In this document: positions 11,374-23,057 of the stretch, piece by piece | How the letters are laid out: every line of letters starts with the position of its first letter | How positions within the stretch are numbered: position 1 is the first letter of the stretch | DNA from: an uncultured Verrucomicrobiae bacterium | GTDB lineage: Bacteria > Verrucomicrobiota > Verrucomicrobiia > Limisphaerales > CAVQOW01 | Assembly (NCBI GenBank): GCA_963714605.1 | Contig: CAVQOW010000010.1 | Coordinates: forward strand, 55,293-119,292 | Direction: 5' to 3' | Length of the DNA stretch: 64,000 nucleotides | Notes under the pieces: model-generated | Told to the model about the DNA's origin: nothing | What the model saw: the letters and a program-made list of their open reading frames with translations, nothing else | Databases searched by the model: none | Program-made: the position numbers and the translations under genes

Positions 11374-14159
11374 TTACTTTTTCTTCGCGTTCTTGGCGGC
11401 CTCTTCTTCGAGGGCTGCTTGTGCCGCTGCCAAGCGGGCAACGGGGACGCGGAACGGTGAGCAACTCACGTAGGTTAACCCGAGACGATGGCAGAACTTC
11501 ACGGACTCGGGATCGCCACCGTGTTCGCCACAGATGCCCAGCTTGATGCCAGGACGGGTCTTGCTCCCTTTCTCTACCGCAATCTTCATCAACTGACCCA
11601 CGCCCGTCTGGTCAATCGTGGCAAACGGATTCTTCTTGATGATCTCGTGTTCCTGATACGGTCCAAGGAACGAGCCGGAATCGTCGCGGCTCATTCCCAG
11701 GCAGGTTTGCGTAAGATCGTTCGTGCCGAAGCTGAAGAACTCGGCGGTCTGCGCGATTTCGTCAGCGGTCAACGCCCCGCGCGGAACTTCGATCATCGTG
11801 CCGACGAGGTAATTCAGCTTTACGCCTTTTTCCTTCATCACTTCCTGCGCGACGCGATGGACGACTTCGACCTGGAGATCAAGTTCCTTCTTGAACCCGA
11901 CAAGCGGGATCATGACTTCGGGCTTCACCTTGATGCCGGCCTTCTGCACTTCGGCGGCAGCTTCAAAGACGGCGCGGGCCTGCATCTCGGAAATTTCGCT
12001 GTGAACGATGCCGAGTCGGCAGCCGCGGAAACCGAGCATCGGATTGAATTCGTGCAGTTCCTTCACGCGCTGTTTAATCTTTTCAACGGGCACACCCATC
12101 TTCTTCGCGAGGTCCTGCTGCGCTGCGTCCTCGTGTGGGAGGAACTCATGCAACGGCGGATCGAGGAAACGGATGGTGGCCGGATAACCTTTCAGCGCCT
12201 TGAAGATACCGACGAAATCTTCTTTCTGGTAGGGCAGAATCAGCGCCAGTGCCTTCTTCCGATCCGCCAGGTTGTCAGCAAGAATCATTTCGCGCATGGC
12301 ATCAATGCGGTTGCCCTCGAAGAACATGTGCTCGGTTCGGGTGAGGCCGATACCGGTCGCGCCGAACGCGACGGCGTTCTCGGTCTGCTCCGGCGTGTCG
12401 GCGTTGGTGCGCACTTGGAGCTTGGTGACTTTGGAGCACCAGTTCATCAAGGTGGCGTACATGCCGTAAGTCTCGCTCTGCTTCGGATCAAGCGTCTTGT
12501 CAACCAACACCTGGACGATCTCCGACGGTGCGGTCGGAAGCTGTCCGCCATAAACATTGCCGACGGTACCGTTGATGGACAGAAAATCTCCTTCCTTGAA
12601 AGTCTGGCCACCGGCAGTGACGGTCTTGGCGTTATAGTCAATCTGCAATGCGGCAGCGCCGCACACGCAAACCTTGCCCATCTGACGGGCGACGAGCGCC
12701 GCGTGTGAACTGACGCCACCTTTGGCGGTCAGGATGCCTTCCGAGGCGATCATGCCGCGCAGGTCTTCGGGCGACGTCTCATTTCGGACGAGCAAAACCT
12801 TTTCGCCCTTGGCCGCAGCAGCGTCCGCACGGTCAGCATTAAGATAGAGCTTGCCGCAGGCGGCGCCGGACCGGCCGGGAGGCCCGTGGCGATAACTTTC
12901 GCGGCCTTCTCAGCTTTCTGGTCAAAAATCGGAGCCAACAATTGGTCGAGCTGGTCGGCTGGGTTGCGGCGAATGGCCGTCTTCCAGTCAATGAGCTTTT
13001 CCTTGTTCATGTCCATGGAGAACTTGAGCGCGGCCATAGCCGTGCGCTTGCCGTTGCGGGTCTGGAGCATGAACACCTTGCCGTCCTGGATCGTAAATTC
13101 GAAATCCTGCACGTCCTTGAAGTGCGTCTCCAAAGTCTTGCGGATGTTGTCCAGTTCTTTGTAGGCGGCGGGCATTTGCTTCGCCAATTGCGCGACGGGT
13201 TCGGGTGTGCGGACGCCGGCGACGACGTCTTCGCCCTGGGCGTTGATGAGAAATTCGCCGTAGAACTCTTTCACGCCGTTGGCCGGGTTGCGCGTGAACG
13301 CGACACCGGAACCGGAGGTGTCACCGGTGTTGCCATAGACCATGGCCTGCACGTTGACAGCCGTTCCCCATTCAGAGGGAATGCCATACTTGCGGCGATA
13401 CACGATGGCACGATCGTTCATCCACGAACCGAACACGGCGCCGGCAGCGCCCCAAAGCTGCTTCCACGGGTCCTGCGGAAATTCCTTGCCGGTGCGCTCC
13501 TTGATCAGCGCCTTGAAACGCGTGACGAGCTCCTGCTGGTCGGCGGCGGTGAGCTTGGAGTCTTCGATGTCCGTATGATACTTCTCATGCTTGAAACTGT
13601 GGATGACAACTTCAAACGGCTCGTGATCCTCGTCTTTAGTCTTCTGGACACCCATGACGACGTCGCCATACATCTGCACGAAACGACGGTAACAATCCCA
13701 CGCGAAACGCTCGTTCTTCGTCGCGGCGACAAGCGCGAGCACAGTTTCGTCGTTGAGACCAAGATTGAGAATCGTGTCCATCATACCGGGCATTGAGTCG
13801 CGCGCGCCGGAGCGGACGGAGACGAGCAACGGCATCTCGCTCTTGTCGCCAAACTTCGTGCCCATGATGTTCTCGATGAACGCCACACCGGCTTTGACCT
13901 GCGGGTCGAGTATCTTGGGATAGGTTTTCTTGTTCTGGTAATAATAGGTGCAGACCTCGGTGGTCATGGTGAAGCCCGGAGGCACGGGCAGCCCGATGCG
14001 GCTCATTTCGGCGAGATTGGCGCCCTTGCCGCCGAGCAGCGGCTTCATACCGCCGTTGCCGTCGGCCTTTTTGTTTCCGAAAACGTAAACGTATTTGTTC
14101 GATTTCAATGCTTTAGCCATAAATGTTTGTTTTCCAAATAATCTTGGTGATGCTCTCAA
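11374..14159 (-). pseudogene. ppdK: pyruvate, phosphate dikinase; one frame break near 12800-12850
   Basis: N-terminal ATP-grasp part (12750..14159) and central phospho-His plus PEP-utilising C-terminal part (11374..12795) on the same strand; break in a G/C-rich run (…LPAGPGAASGKLY… restored by one base). Confidence 0.85.
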
Positions 14160-14412
14160 TTCGTAGCGAGAAAACCGCAGAAAAGAAGCGGCGGGAATCT
14201 AACAGAGACGGGTTAAGTGTCAACGAATCAGTCGCCCCGGCGACCCGAAAGGCAAAAAACGCGCAATCAAAACCAAAATCCGTGGAAAAATAGGTTAAAC
14301 CACGAATTCACACGAACGAATTTCACCGCAGAGACGCCAAGACGCGGAGTCAAACCGCGAAATACACGAACCACACGAAATCTTTGACGCGAATTGTGAA
14401 CAACCCAAGCTT

Positions 14413-15689
14413 GTGTCTGGTAAGATGCTTCGTTATCCTGGCGTCGTGTTGCGGGCGTCGAAAGCTAATCGTGGTGCGGCGATAACAGCGAGACAGCGCG
14501 TGATTGTGCCTGATTCTCTGGTCGCCGCCGTGTCCAACTCGGGACAAGGTTACGGGCGCACCTCACGATTTCTACCGCTATCCCGCCAGATTCTCGCCGG
14601 TCTTCGCGCGCGAGGCGATCAGAACATTTCACCAAGCCAGGTGACTTTGTTCTCGATCCATTTTGCGGCGGTGGCACAACGCTGGTGGAAGCATTGTCGC
14701 TTGGTCGTCGTGCCGCCGGAATGGATGTAAGTTCGCTCGCCGCTTTTCTGGCGCGGACAAAGACGACGCCGATTTCAGTGCGCGACAAGCGGGAAATTGC
14801 CGAATGGCTCGCCACTTTGGAAAAGGAAAATCCGAGGGCAAATCTTGATTCTTACGAAGCCGTTGACGCCGAGACTTATTATTATCTCCGCAATCTACCT
14901 GATGAAGCGCGAGCTTTTTTCTTCTGGGTCTTTGAACGTCTGACGAATTTACCAACATTGAGGCAGCAAAAATTTGTGCGGCTTGTTCTTCTTGGCGCTG
15001 GGCAATGGGGGCTGGATTGTAAGAACAAAGTGCCGACGACTGCTGAATTCAAAGCCGAGTTCTGCCAACGTCTCAACGCCGCAACCAACGATTTCTTTGA
15101 TTACGTTTCAGCCATCGCAGCCGCGAACGAACTGCCACGTTGCCAGTTGTCATCAATGCGGCGCGTCATTAATCGCTCGTCTGAAAAATGCGGTGAGGAT
15201 GGGCGGATTCCAGAGTCGTGGCTTCCGGCCAAACTCGTTTTGACTTCGCCGCCGTATCCGGGTGTTCACGTGGTTTACCATCGCTGGCAGATTCTTGGGC
15301 GCAAGGAAACGCCTGCTCCGTTCTGGTTGGCGAACCAGCGCGATGGTGCGGGCGAATCGCATTATCTTCTTGGCCCGCGTGATGAAGATGAGTTGGTGAC
15401 TTACTACGCGCGGCTCAAGTCCGTGTTTTCGTCGGTTCGGGCGTTGCTCGACGAAAATTCCATCGTTGTGCAACTTGTCGCGTTTTCAGACCCGGTGTGG
15501 CAATTAAAGACCTACCTCGAAACAATGAAAGAAGCCGGTTTCATCGAGGCGGAAGCAGATTGCGTCGCGTCAGCCAAAGTGCACGGACGAATTTGGCGGG
15601 AAGTTCCCGGTCGCAAGTGGTATGCGAATAAGCGCGGCGAGATTCCAGCGAGTAAAGAAGTGATGCTCTTGCACAAACTCGCAACGTAA
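14413..15689 (+). pseudogene. alpha-class DNA amino-methyltransferase; frame break near 14645
   Basis: motif I DPFCGGGTT (in frame only after a 1-nt correction) and motif IV TSPPYPG in the 14685..15689 ORF; N-terminal 80 aa in the adjacent frame. Confidence 0.6.
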
Positions 15690-15692
15690 GCC

Positions 15693-16823
15693 TCACGTTG
15701 CTTCGCCTGATGCCGAACCAGCAGCGACCTTTTCTTCATCAAGCGCACCCAGCGCATCAATCATCGGTAAAAGAAATGGCGCGAACGCCTTTGTTACTTC
15801 GGCCACACGCTGTTCGATGCTTTGCTTGGACGCAGCATCTTCATCCTCTTTCTGGGCGGCTTGTTCCTTGCGTTCAAGATTGTCTTGGTAAATCAACGCC
15901 AGACCGGTGAGCATCATTCCCAATTCAAAACGCGACCTGGCAACCTTGTCGTCTTCGCCGCTACGGAGTTCATACTTCAGAAACCGTTGAAGATGGATGT
16001 TGTCGGCATTGATGAAAAAATCATACACGACTTTGTCTGGCTCACCGTTCCCCGTATCCGCGCCCTTACCGCTGTCTTTCACGATAAGCGCTGTGTGTTT
16101 GTCGAACGGTGGACTTTGATTGCTCCACTGATCTTCTGTGATGCGAATACATTCCGGCAATTCAAGTCCGCCGGGCATTTCGCGCTCATCGCCTTCATCT
16201 CCTTTGGGCGGCCTTTTCCGCTCACCTTTGCCTCCGGCTGACTCGGCCGGCTTCTGAAGCAAAACGGAAAATGTGTTCTCGAATGGTTGTAGTTGCGTTG
16301 CGTCGTCCACGACTGCGACGAATTTCACCTTGTCGCCGACCTTGCAGCTTTCGGGAAACTTTATACTCAAGTTCGCAATGCCATTTTGAAGATTCACATT
16401 GCTTGCGAAGTCCAAATCCTTCACCGGACGTTGCTCCGCTCCGTCGAGGACATAAAGTGTGAACGTACCTGGGTCAATGCTGCGGCTGAAATAATCATTC
16501 ACAGCGTCCGTCTCAAACGCAATGCGGCAACGCATGTTAATGTGCGCTTCGCGGGCGAGTTCGCTGCCGTGATCTCTGCCTTTGAATTTAAAATAGGTGG
16601 GATAAGTTTTGCCTTCGTATGGTTTTTCTCCTGCGCCCGCTTTGGCTTGCTTAAAGGGATTTGATGCGTGCTTACCGAACAGGAACAGATTGGCCAGCGT
16701 CGGAGAATGTTTTAGAAGTGACTCCAGAATCTGTTCAAGAGGCTTTGAGTCTTCCATCCGTGATTCAATTTCTTCCCGCCGCCGGCGTTCGCGCAGAGCT
16801 TTTAGTCCCGGCTGATTTTTCAA
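15693..16823 (-). CDS. uncharacterised acidic protein, translationally coupled (ATGA overlap) to the upstream GHKL ATPase gene
   Basis: 376-aa ORF; no recognisable catalytic motif; overlaps the 16820 gene by 4 nt. Confidence 0.45.
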   Translation of the reverse strand: MKNQPGLKALRERRRREEIESRMEDSKPLEQILESLLKHSPTLANLFLFGKHASNPFKQAKAGAGEKPYEGKTYPTYFKFKGRDHGSELAREAHINMRCRIAFETDAVNDYFSRSIDPGTFTLYVLDGAEQRPVKDLDFASNVNLQNGIANLSIKFPESCKVGDKVKFVAVVDDATQLQPFENTFSVLLQKPAESAGGKGERKRPPKGDEGDEREMPGGLELPECIRITEDQWSNQSPPFDKHTALIVKDSGKGADTGNGEPDKVVYDFFINADNIHLQRFLKYELRSGEDDKVARSRFELGMMLTGLALIYQDNLERKEQAAQKEDEDAASKQSIEQRVAEVTKAFAPFLLPMIDALGALDEEKVAAGSASGEAT

Positions 16824-18226
16824 AAATCTTCAAGCTCCTGTTCAAGTTGTTTGCGGAGTTCGCCATCCCGCAGCCGATCACGGCTGTTCATGAAAAGCAA
16901 TTCACGCCCACGGCCAGTAATCTTTGTGCAGTCAACAATTACTAAAACCGAATCAGCGAGATATGAAAGCCCAACTCGTGTTCGCCGGAAAAAATCCAGT
17001 GTGAGATACCCATGCGTCTGTCCATTCACTGTAAAAATGATGCCCTCGGATTTGCGATACGTCTCTGCCCGACCTTTTTTGAAAGCGAAAATTGTCGCAG
17101 TCATCGGCTCACCAGCGCAGGTCATCTCGACAGAAACGGGAAAATCCGGTTCAAGATTATCACCTTTGCCTTGTTCGAGGCGGATGGCAAAGCCAGCAAG
17201 ATTGGTTTCATAACTGCGATCTTCATCACCGCGATATGCCGCTCTACATTCGTGGAGTCGAATGGGCAAAGCAGGTTCAGGAATCAAAACTTCCAAACGT
17301 GCCAGAAGGCCACTTTTGCGCAGGATGTGCGAGCGGTGTCCGGGCATCAAATACTCATAGAGTTTGATGAGCGAGCCAAATTCGGCTTCGCGGGCATAAG
17401 GATTCGCGCCATCGGGGAAGATTGGCATCGTGTCAGATGCGAAAGTGAGAACCTCGCCTTGCTGCGGTCTTTCATCCGCGCCGACTGGCGCAAGAAAGGT
17501 ATAGGAAGAACTCCGGCGATTTCCAGAAGGGTCTTCTCGGCGCACTATGGTAAATCCCCATTCGTCATCGGTAGGGTGAGCAAAATTGCCGTTAAGAATT
17601 CGCGGACTGCGACGGCTTAAAATCAGTTGTAAATTCTTATGTCCGCAAAATTCCAAAACGCCTGTGCCGCCCATGTTGAATTTACCCTGAACAAAAGGAA
17701 TGCGAAGTTTGTTAGACTTTTCCAACGAGAGAAACGTATCAGGAAATTTGCGAGGAGTCTGACCTTCGCCCCAATCAGCAATTGTGATGCAAGGATCGCC
17801 GTCTTGAACTTTCATGCCAGTTGCGGCGAGAGTGATACCGCGAGCGACGTCGCGACGCTTTTCATTATCCCACGCGCTGATTTGTCCACCGAAGATGCTG
17901 CCGCTAGCGCTTCTGTCTTCAAAAAACCGCGCTACTGCTTCGCGAATGCTCTGTGGTGCAGTTGGTGATTCTGGATTATTGCCGCGAGCCAAACACTCAT
18001 GCATCAGTCGTGCATCTACCGAATTGACCAACTTTTCAACGAGAGCGGCGTCTGGCCTGTTTTGTTGGTTGCCGATGGTGCTGAAATTATTTTCTCTGTC
18101 GCCGTAGAGCCGCCAAACACGCTTGTTATTCCAATAGCCAGCCTCAGTTAGGATGCGGACAATTTCCGCTTCGCTGTCCGCTTGCATGAGCGCAAGACAA
18201 AGTTCCTTCTTCTGATTGTTGTTCAT
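16820..18226 (-). CDS. GHKL-superfamily ATPase, MutL/MORC/Hsp90-like
   Basis: Bergerat-fold motifs: N box aLvEkLvNSvDA, G1 ITIADWGEGQT, G2 GKFNMGGTGV; 468 aa. Confidence 0.6.
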   Translation of the reverse strand: MNNNQKKELCLALMQADSEAEIVRILTEAGYWNNKRVWRLYGDRENNFSTIGNQQNRPDAALVEKLVNSVDARLMHECLARGNNPESPTAPQSIREAVARFFEDRSASGSIFGGQISAWDNEKRRDVARGITLAATGMKVQDGDPCITIADWGEGQTPRKFPDTFLSLEKSNKLRIPFVQGKFNMGGTGVLEFCGHKNLQLILSRRSPRILNGNFAHPTDDEWGFTIVRREDPSGNRRSSSYTFLAPVGADERPQQGEVLTFASDTMPIFPDGANPYAREAEFGSLIKLYEYLMPGHRSHILRKSGLLARLEVLIPEPALPIRLHECRAAYRGDEDRSYETNLAGFAIRLEQGKGDNLEPDFPVSVEMTCAGEPMTATIFAFKKGRAETYRKSEGIIFTVNGQTHGYLTLDFFRRTRVGLSYLADSVLVIVDCTKITGRGRELLFMNSRDRLRDGELRKQLEQELEDF

Positions 18227-18241
18227 CGTTTCCCTGCGTTG

Positions 18242-18646
18242 TTATTTCAGCCAGTTGATTTTGATTTCCTTTTCCAATGCCTTGAATTCCGGGTCGCCGG
18301 TGACGAGTTCGACTTTCTTTTCCTTCGCCAGTGCAGCCGCAAAGGCATCGGCCAGGCTGATTTTGTAGCAGGCTTTGAATTCGGCGGCGAGGTCGGCCAA
18401 CCGGCGGGTTGCCGGATGAAATTCGATGGGCGCGGTTTTCAGTTCATTGGCGATGATGGCCCACGCTGCGTCGCCGTCCTTGCGCCGGATGATGTATTGC
18501 ACTTCGGCGTAGTTGACCTCGGTCATGTGGACGGGCTGGTCGCGCTGGCCCGCGCGTTCGAGGATGAGGGACACGCTCTCTCCGCCCGGTTCATCCCGGA
18601 GCAAAGCCAGCAGCGCGTAACTATCGAGAACCGGTGCTGCGGGCAT
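18242..18646 (-). CDS. vapC: PIN-domain toxin VapC
   Basis: 134 aa; acidic PIN residues (LDSYALLAL..E, LADAF); overlaps the upstream small antitoxin gene. Confidence 0.75.
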   Translation of the reverse strand: MPAAPVLDSYALLALLRDEPGGESVSLILERAGQRDQPVHMTEVNYAEVQYIIRRKDGDAAWAIIANELKTAPIEFHPATRRLADLAAEFKACYKISLADAFAAALAKEKKVELVTGDPEFKALEKEIKINWLK

Positions 18647-18914
18647 ACTTGGCTTCCTCCAGTTGTTTTTCCTCGCGCTTGTGTTCGGCCATCTGCTCGG
18701 CGAAAGGCTTTTCGCCCGGCTTGCGTTTCAGGATGCCGCGCAGCCGCCGGATGCTGGTGGCGGTGACGGGCTTGATGAGAATGCCTTCCGGCGTGCCCTC
18801 AACGTAAGCCCGCGTGCCTTCTTCGATTTCAAATTCTTTTCGCAAACGTCGGGGAATGACCACCTGGCCTTTGACCGAAAAACAAACCGTTTCTACCTTT
18901 AGTGCTACGCTCAT
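18621..18914 (-). CDS. vapB: AbrB/SpoVT-type antitoxin VapB
   Basis: 97 aa; swapped-hairpin-like N-terminus (VKGQVVIPRRLRKEF); 26-nt overlap with vapC. Confidence 0.65.
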   Translation of the reverse strand: MSVALKVETVCFSVKGQVVIPRRLRKEFEIEEGTRAYVEGTPEGILIKPVTATSIRRLRGILKRKPGEKPFAEQMAEHKREEKQLEEAKYARSTGSR

Positions 18915-19081
18915 GTCTAAATCCTACATAAAATAAAAAGTAAGGCAAGAACTATTTTGTTGGAAGTTATTCACAGTGTTGCCGTGACTTCTATTGTCAA
19001 AACCCTCGAATATCAACTACATATCATCGTATCAAGATGCGTTGATTTTTTATTTGCCTTCCAGAAAGCTTTCCGTTAGTT

Positions 19082-22000
19082 TTGCGCCGGTTAATTTGCA
19101 TTCAACCGATGCCGGACAGAATCGAACATCTGCAACACCTGTTGCGCGAACGCATCGTCATCCTTGACGGCGCGATGGGCACGATGATCCAGCAACGCAA
19201 GCTGGATGAGGCGGCGTTTCGCGGCGCGCGGTTCGCGGACTGGCGCGGCAAAGACCTAAAAGGGTGCAATGACCTCCTCAATCTCACCCAGCCGCAAATC
19301 ATCGAGGACATCCATCGCCAATATCTCGAAGCCGGCGCGGATATCATCGAGACCAACACGTTCAACTCGCAGTCCATCTCGCTTGCGGATTACGGGCTGG
19401 AATCGCTCGCCTACGAGCTGTCGAAAGCCGGCGCGGAATGCGCGCGTCGCGCTGCCGACAAAGTCATGGCCGCGCAACCGATGCGCGTCTGTTTCGTCGC
19501 CGGCGCGATTGGACCTACAACAAAAACCTCTTCCATCTCGACCGATGTCAACAATCCCGCCGCTCGCGGGACGACTTACGACAAACTGGTCACTGTGTAC
19601 GGCGAACAGATCCGCGGTCTGCTTGACGGCGGCGCGGACTTGCTGTTCGTCGAAACCATTTTCGACACACTGAATGCGAAGGCGGCGTTCTTTGCGATCC
19701 TAAAGTTTTCGAGGATCGCGGCGTCGAGCCGTTCTCTTTTTCCGCCGGAGTTGCTCAATCTCAAATCTCAAATCGCATATCGCAAATTCCAGTGCTCGCA
19801 TCTGTCACATTCATCCAAGCCGGAAGCAATCGCGGTGTTACCGGGCAAACCGTCGAAGCGTTTTGGAATTCCATCTCACACGTGCCGCTATTGAGCGTCG
19901 GCATGAATTGCGCACTTGGGCCGAAAGAATTGCGTCCGCTGATCGAGGAGCTTTCCGGCATTGCGCCGATTTACGTCAGCGCATATCCAAACGCCGGACT
20001 GCCGAATCCGCTCTTGCCGACGGGTTTTCCCGAAACACCGGAAACGCTCGCGCCCCAGTTGCGCGAGTGGGCGCAGAACGGCTGGTTGAACATCGTCGGT
20101 GGTTGTTGCGGCACAACGCCGTCGCATATCAAAGCAATCGCCGGCGCCGTAAAAAATTTGTCGCCGCGCAAAGTTCCGGCGGTTGAGCCTTACCTGCGAT
20201 TGAGCGGGCTGGATGCACTAACCGTGCGTCCGGATTCCAATTTCCTCAACATCGGCGAGCGCACGAACGTCGCCGGATCACCGAAGTTCGCCCAGCTCAT
20301 CAAGGCCGGCGATTACGAAGCCGCGCTGACGGTTGCACGGCAGCAGGTCGAGAACGGCGCGCAGGTCATTGATGTCTGCATGGACGAAGGGATGATAGAC
20401 GGTGTCGCGGCGATGACGCGCTTTCTCAACCTCATCGCCTCCGAACCGGACATCTGCAAAGTGCCGGTCATGGTGGATTCCTCGAAATGGGAAGTCATTG
20501 AGGCCGGATTGAAATGTCTTCAAGGCAAAGGCATCGTCAACTCGATAAGCCTGAAGGAAGGCGAGGAAAAGTTTTTGCATTATGCGAAACTCGTCCGTCG
20601 CTACGGTGCTGCGGTCGTCGTGATGGCGTTTGACGAACGCGGCCAGGCCGATTCGTTCCAGCGTCGCACGGAAGTCTGCAAACGCGCTTACGATTTGCTC
20701 GTCGGTAAAGTTGGTATCCCGCCGCAGGACATCATTTTTGATCCGAACGTGCTGACCGTCGGCACGGGCATGGAGGAACACGCGAATTACGCCGTGGATT
20801 TCATCCGCGCGACAAAGTGGATCAAGGAGAATCTACCTCATGCGAAAGTCAGCGGCGGCATCAGTAATGTTTCTTTCTCATTTCGCGGCAACAACGCCGT
20901 GCGCGAGGCGATGCACAGCGCGTTTCTTTTTCACGCCATCAAGGCCGGACTCGACATGGGCATCGTCAACGCCGGGATGCTGGCGGTCTATGAGGAAGTT
21001 CCGAAAGAGTTTTTGGAATTGGTCGAAGACGTTTTGCTGAATCGCAAACCCGACGCCACCGAGCGGCTCATCAAATTTGCCGAATCGGTGAAGCAAAAAG
21101 GTAAAACCAAAGTCGTCGAGGACGAATGGCGCAAGGGCACGGTTGAGGAACGGCTCAGCCACGCGCTCGTAAAAGGAATCGTGGATTTCATTGATGCCGA
21201 TGTGGAAGAGGCGCGTCAGAAATACGCGAAGCCGCTACTCGTCATCGAAGGCCCGCTCATGGCGGGCATGAATGTCGTCGGCGATTTGTTCGGAGCTGGC
21301 AAAATGTTTCTACCGCAGGTCGTCAAAAGCGCCCGCGTGATGAAGAAAGCCGTCGCTTATCTCCAGCCGTTCATGGAAGCAGAAAAGAAAGCCGCAGGCG
21401 GCACGCACAAAAATGCCGGCAAAATCCTTATGGCTACTGTCAAAGGCGACGTGCATGACATCGGCAAGAACATTGTCGGCGTTGTGCTGGCGTGCAACAA
21501 CTACGAGGTGATTGACCTCGGCGTGATGGTGCCGTGCGAAAAAATCCTCGCCGCCGCCCGCGAACACAAGGTCAACATCATCGGCCTCAGCGGACTCATC
21601 ACGCCGTCGCTCGACGAAATGGCGCATGTCGCCCACGAGATGGAACGCCAAGGTCTGAAGCTGCCGTTGCTCATCGGCGGCGCGACGACGAGCAAAGCGC
21701 ACACTGCGGTGAAGATTGCACCCGGTTACAATCAACCGGTGGTCCATGTCATTGATGCGAGCCGAGCCGTGCCGGTGGTTAGCAATTTGATTAGCACCGA
21801 GCAAAAACCGAAGTTCGCCGCGCGAATCCGCGACGAATACGACCGCGTTCGCGCCCAACACGGTGGTCAAACGGCAAAATTGGTTTCGATTGAGGAAGCT
21901 CGCGCCAACGCGCCGAAACTGAAGTTCGACGATTTGCCAAAGCCGGAGTTCACCGGCGCGCGAAAACTTTGTTCCGATATAGGCACAATTTCGCTGGCCG

Positions 22001-22945
22001 ACCTTGTTCCTTTCATTGACTGGTCGCCGTTCTTCCACACTTGGGAACTGCGCGGTGTTTATCCGAAAATTCTCCAGCACGAAAAGCACGGCGAAGAAGC
22101 GCGCAAACTTTTCGCCGACGCCCAGAAGCTGCTCGACAAGATTGTGACCGGGAAACTCCTCAGCGCCTGTGGCGTGTACGGCTTCTTCCCTGCCAATCGC
22201 GTCGGTGACGACGTGGAACTTTACGCGGATGAATTGCGTTCGATAGTTTTGACGACGTTTCACTTCCTCCGGCAGCAAATCGAGAAGGGCGACGGTTCGC
22301 CGAACTGGTGTCTGGCCGATTTTATTGCGCCCCAAAATGCGCGGCATCACGTGCCACGTGTCATGTGTCACGATTATATTGGCGCGTTCGCCGTCACGAG
22401 CGGGCATGGGCTCGCCGAACTTGTCAAAAAGTTCAAGGCCGACCACGACGATTACAACGCCATCATGGCCGAAGCGCTGGCCGACCGGTTGGCGGAGGCA
22501 TTCGCCGAATTCCTGCACAAGCGCGTCCGGGAAGAATGGGGCTTCGGCAAATCCGAAAAGCTGGCGACTGAAGACCTCATTGAAGAAAAGTATCGCGGCA
22601 TCCGCCCGGCGGCGGGTTACCCAGCGTGCCCCGACCACACCGAGAAAGGAACTTTGTGGAAGTTGCTCGACGTGGAGAAAAACACAGGCATCAAGCTTAC
22701 GGAAAGTTTTGCGATGTGGCCTGGCAGTTCATGTGAGCGGACTTTATTTCGCACACCCGAATTCAAAATACTTCGCCGTTGGCAAGCTGGGTCAAGACCA
22801 ACTGCTCGATTACCACCTCCGCAAAGCAATGAACTTGCAGGAAGTCGAGAAATGGCTTGGGCCATACTTGAATTACGATCCGACCAAAGTCGACAGCCCC
22901 GGAAACGCCACGTCCAAGTGCTCGTGTGGCGTGGCTCATCGTTGA
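19082..22945 (+). pseudogene. metH: cobalamin-dependent methionine synthase MetH; frame breaks near 19700 and 22735; carries a 60-nt in-frame heptamer-repeat insertion
   Basis: Hcy S-methyltransferase, pterin-binding, B12-binding (DxHxxG ... GGATTSKAH) and AdoMet-activation domains all recognisable; C-terminus continues in ORF 22325..22945. Confidence 0.9.
19757..19790. repeat. heptamer array AATCTCA AATCTCA AATCGCA TATCGCA AATTCC inside metH
   Basis: direct reading; part of a 60-nt segment encoding [20 protein letters not shown] between the conserved GVE and PVLASV segments. Confidence 0.8.
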
Positions 22946-23057
22946 CGGAGTAGTCTTCTATATTCCAGACGGAATTCATTACAGGCTGTAGGCGATAAAG
23001 CGCTCGACAGGGAATGAGTTTTTGCTTAAAAGAGACATCGTCGCAGAAGGGAGAACT

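Noticed and set aside
8995-13796. Long ORFs antisense to hypD, hypE and ppdK (8995..9978-, 10183..11349-, 11488..12708+, 12942..13796+)
   Set aside because: Shadow frames of high-GC genes with strong homology on the opposite strand; low-complexity Arg/Ala/Gly-rich translations.
18915-19081. Cobalamin riboswitch upstream of metH
   Set aside because: No B12-box-like consensus seen in the AT-rich leader; B12 riboswitches typically control metE or btuB rather than metH.
22370-22400. Near-palindromic CACGTG-rich segment in metH (…[11 protein letters not shown]…) as another inserted element
   Set aside because: Not a true inverted repeat on inspection; in-frame and plausibly a lineage-specific loop.
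21310-22638. 442-aa minus-strand ORF inside metH; similar cases 27042..27701-, 31281..32042+, 33691..34677-, 37032..37811-, 44165..44971-, 47505..48392+, 48459..49013-, 51261..52187-, 53976..55043+, 60837..61751+
   Set aside because: All lie antisense to confidently assigned genes and translate to R/A/G/P-rich low-complexity sequence typical of GC-rich shadow ORFs.
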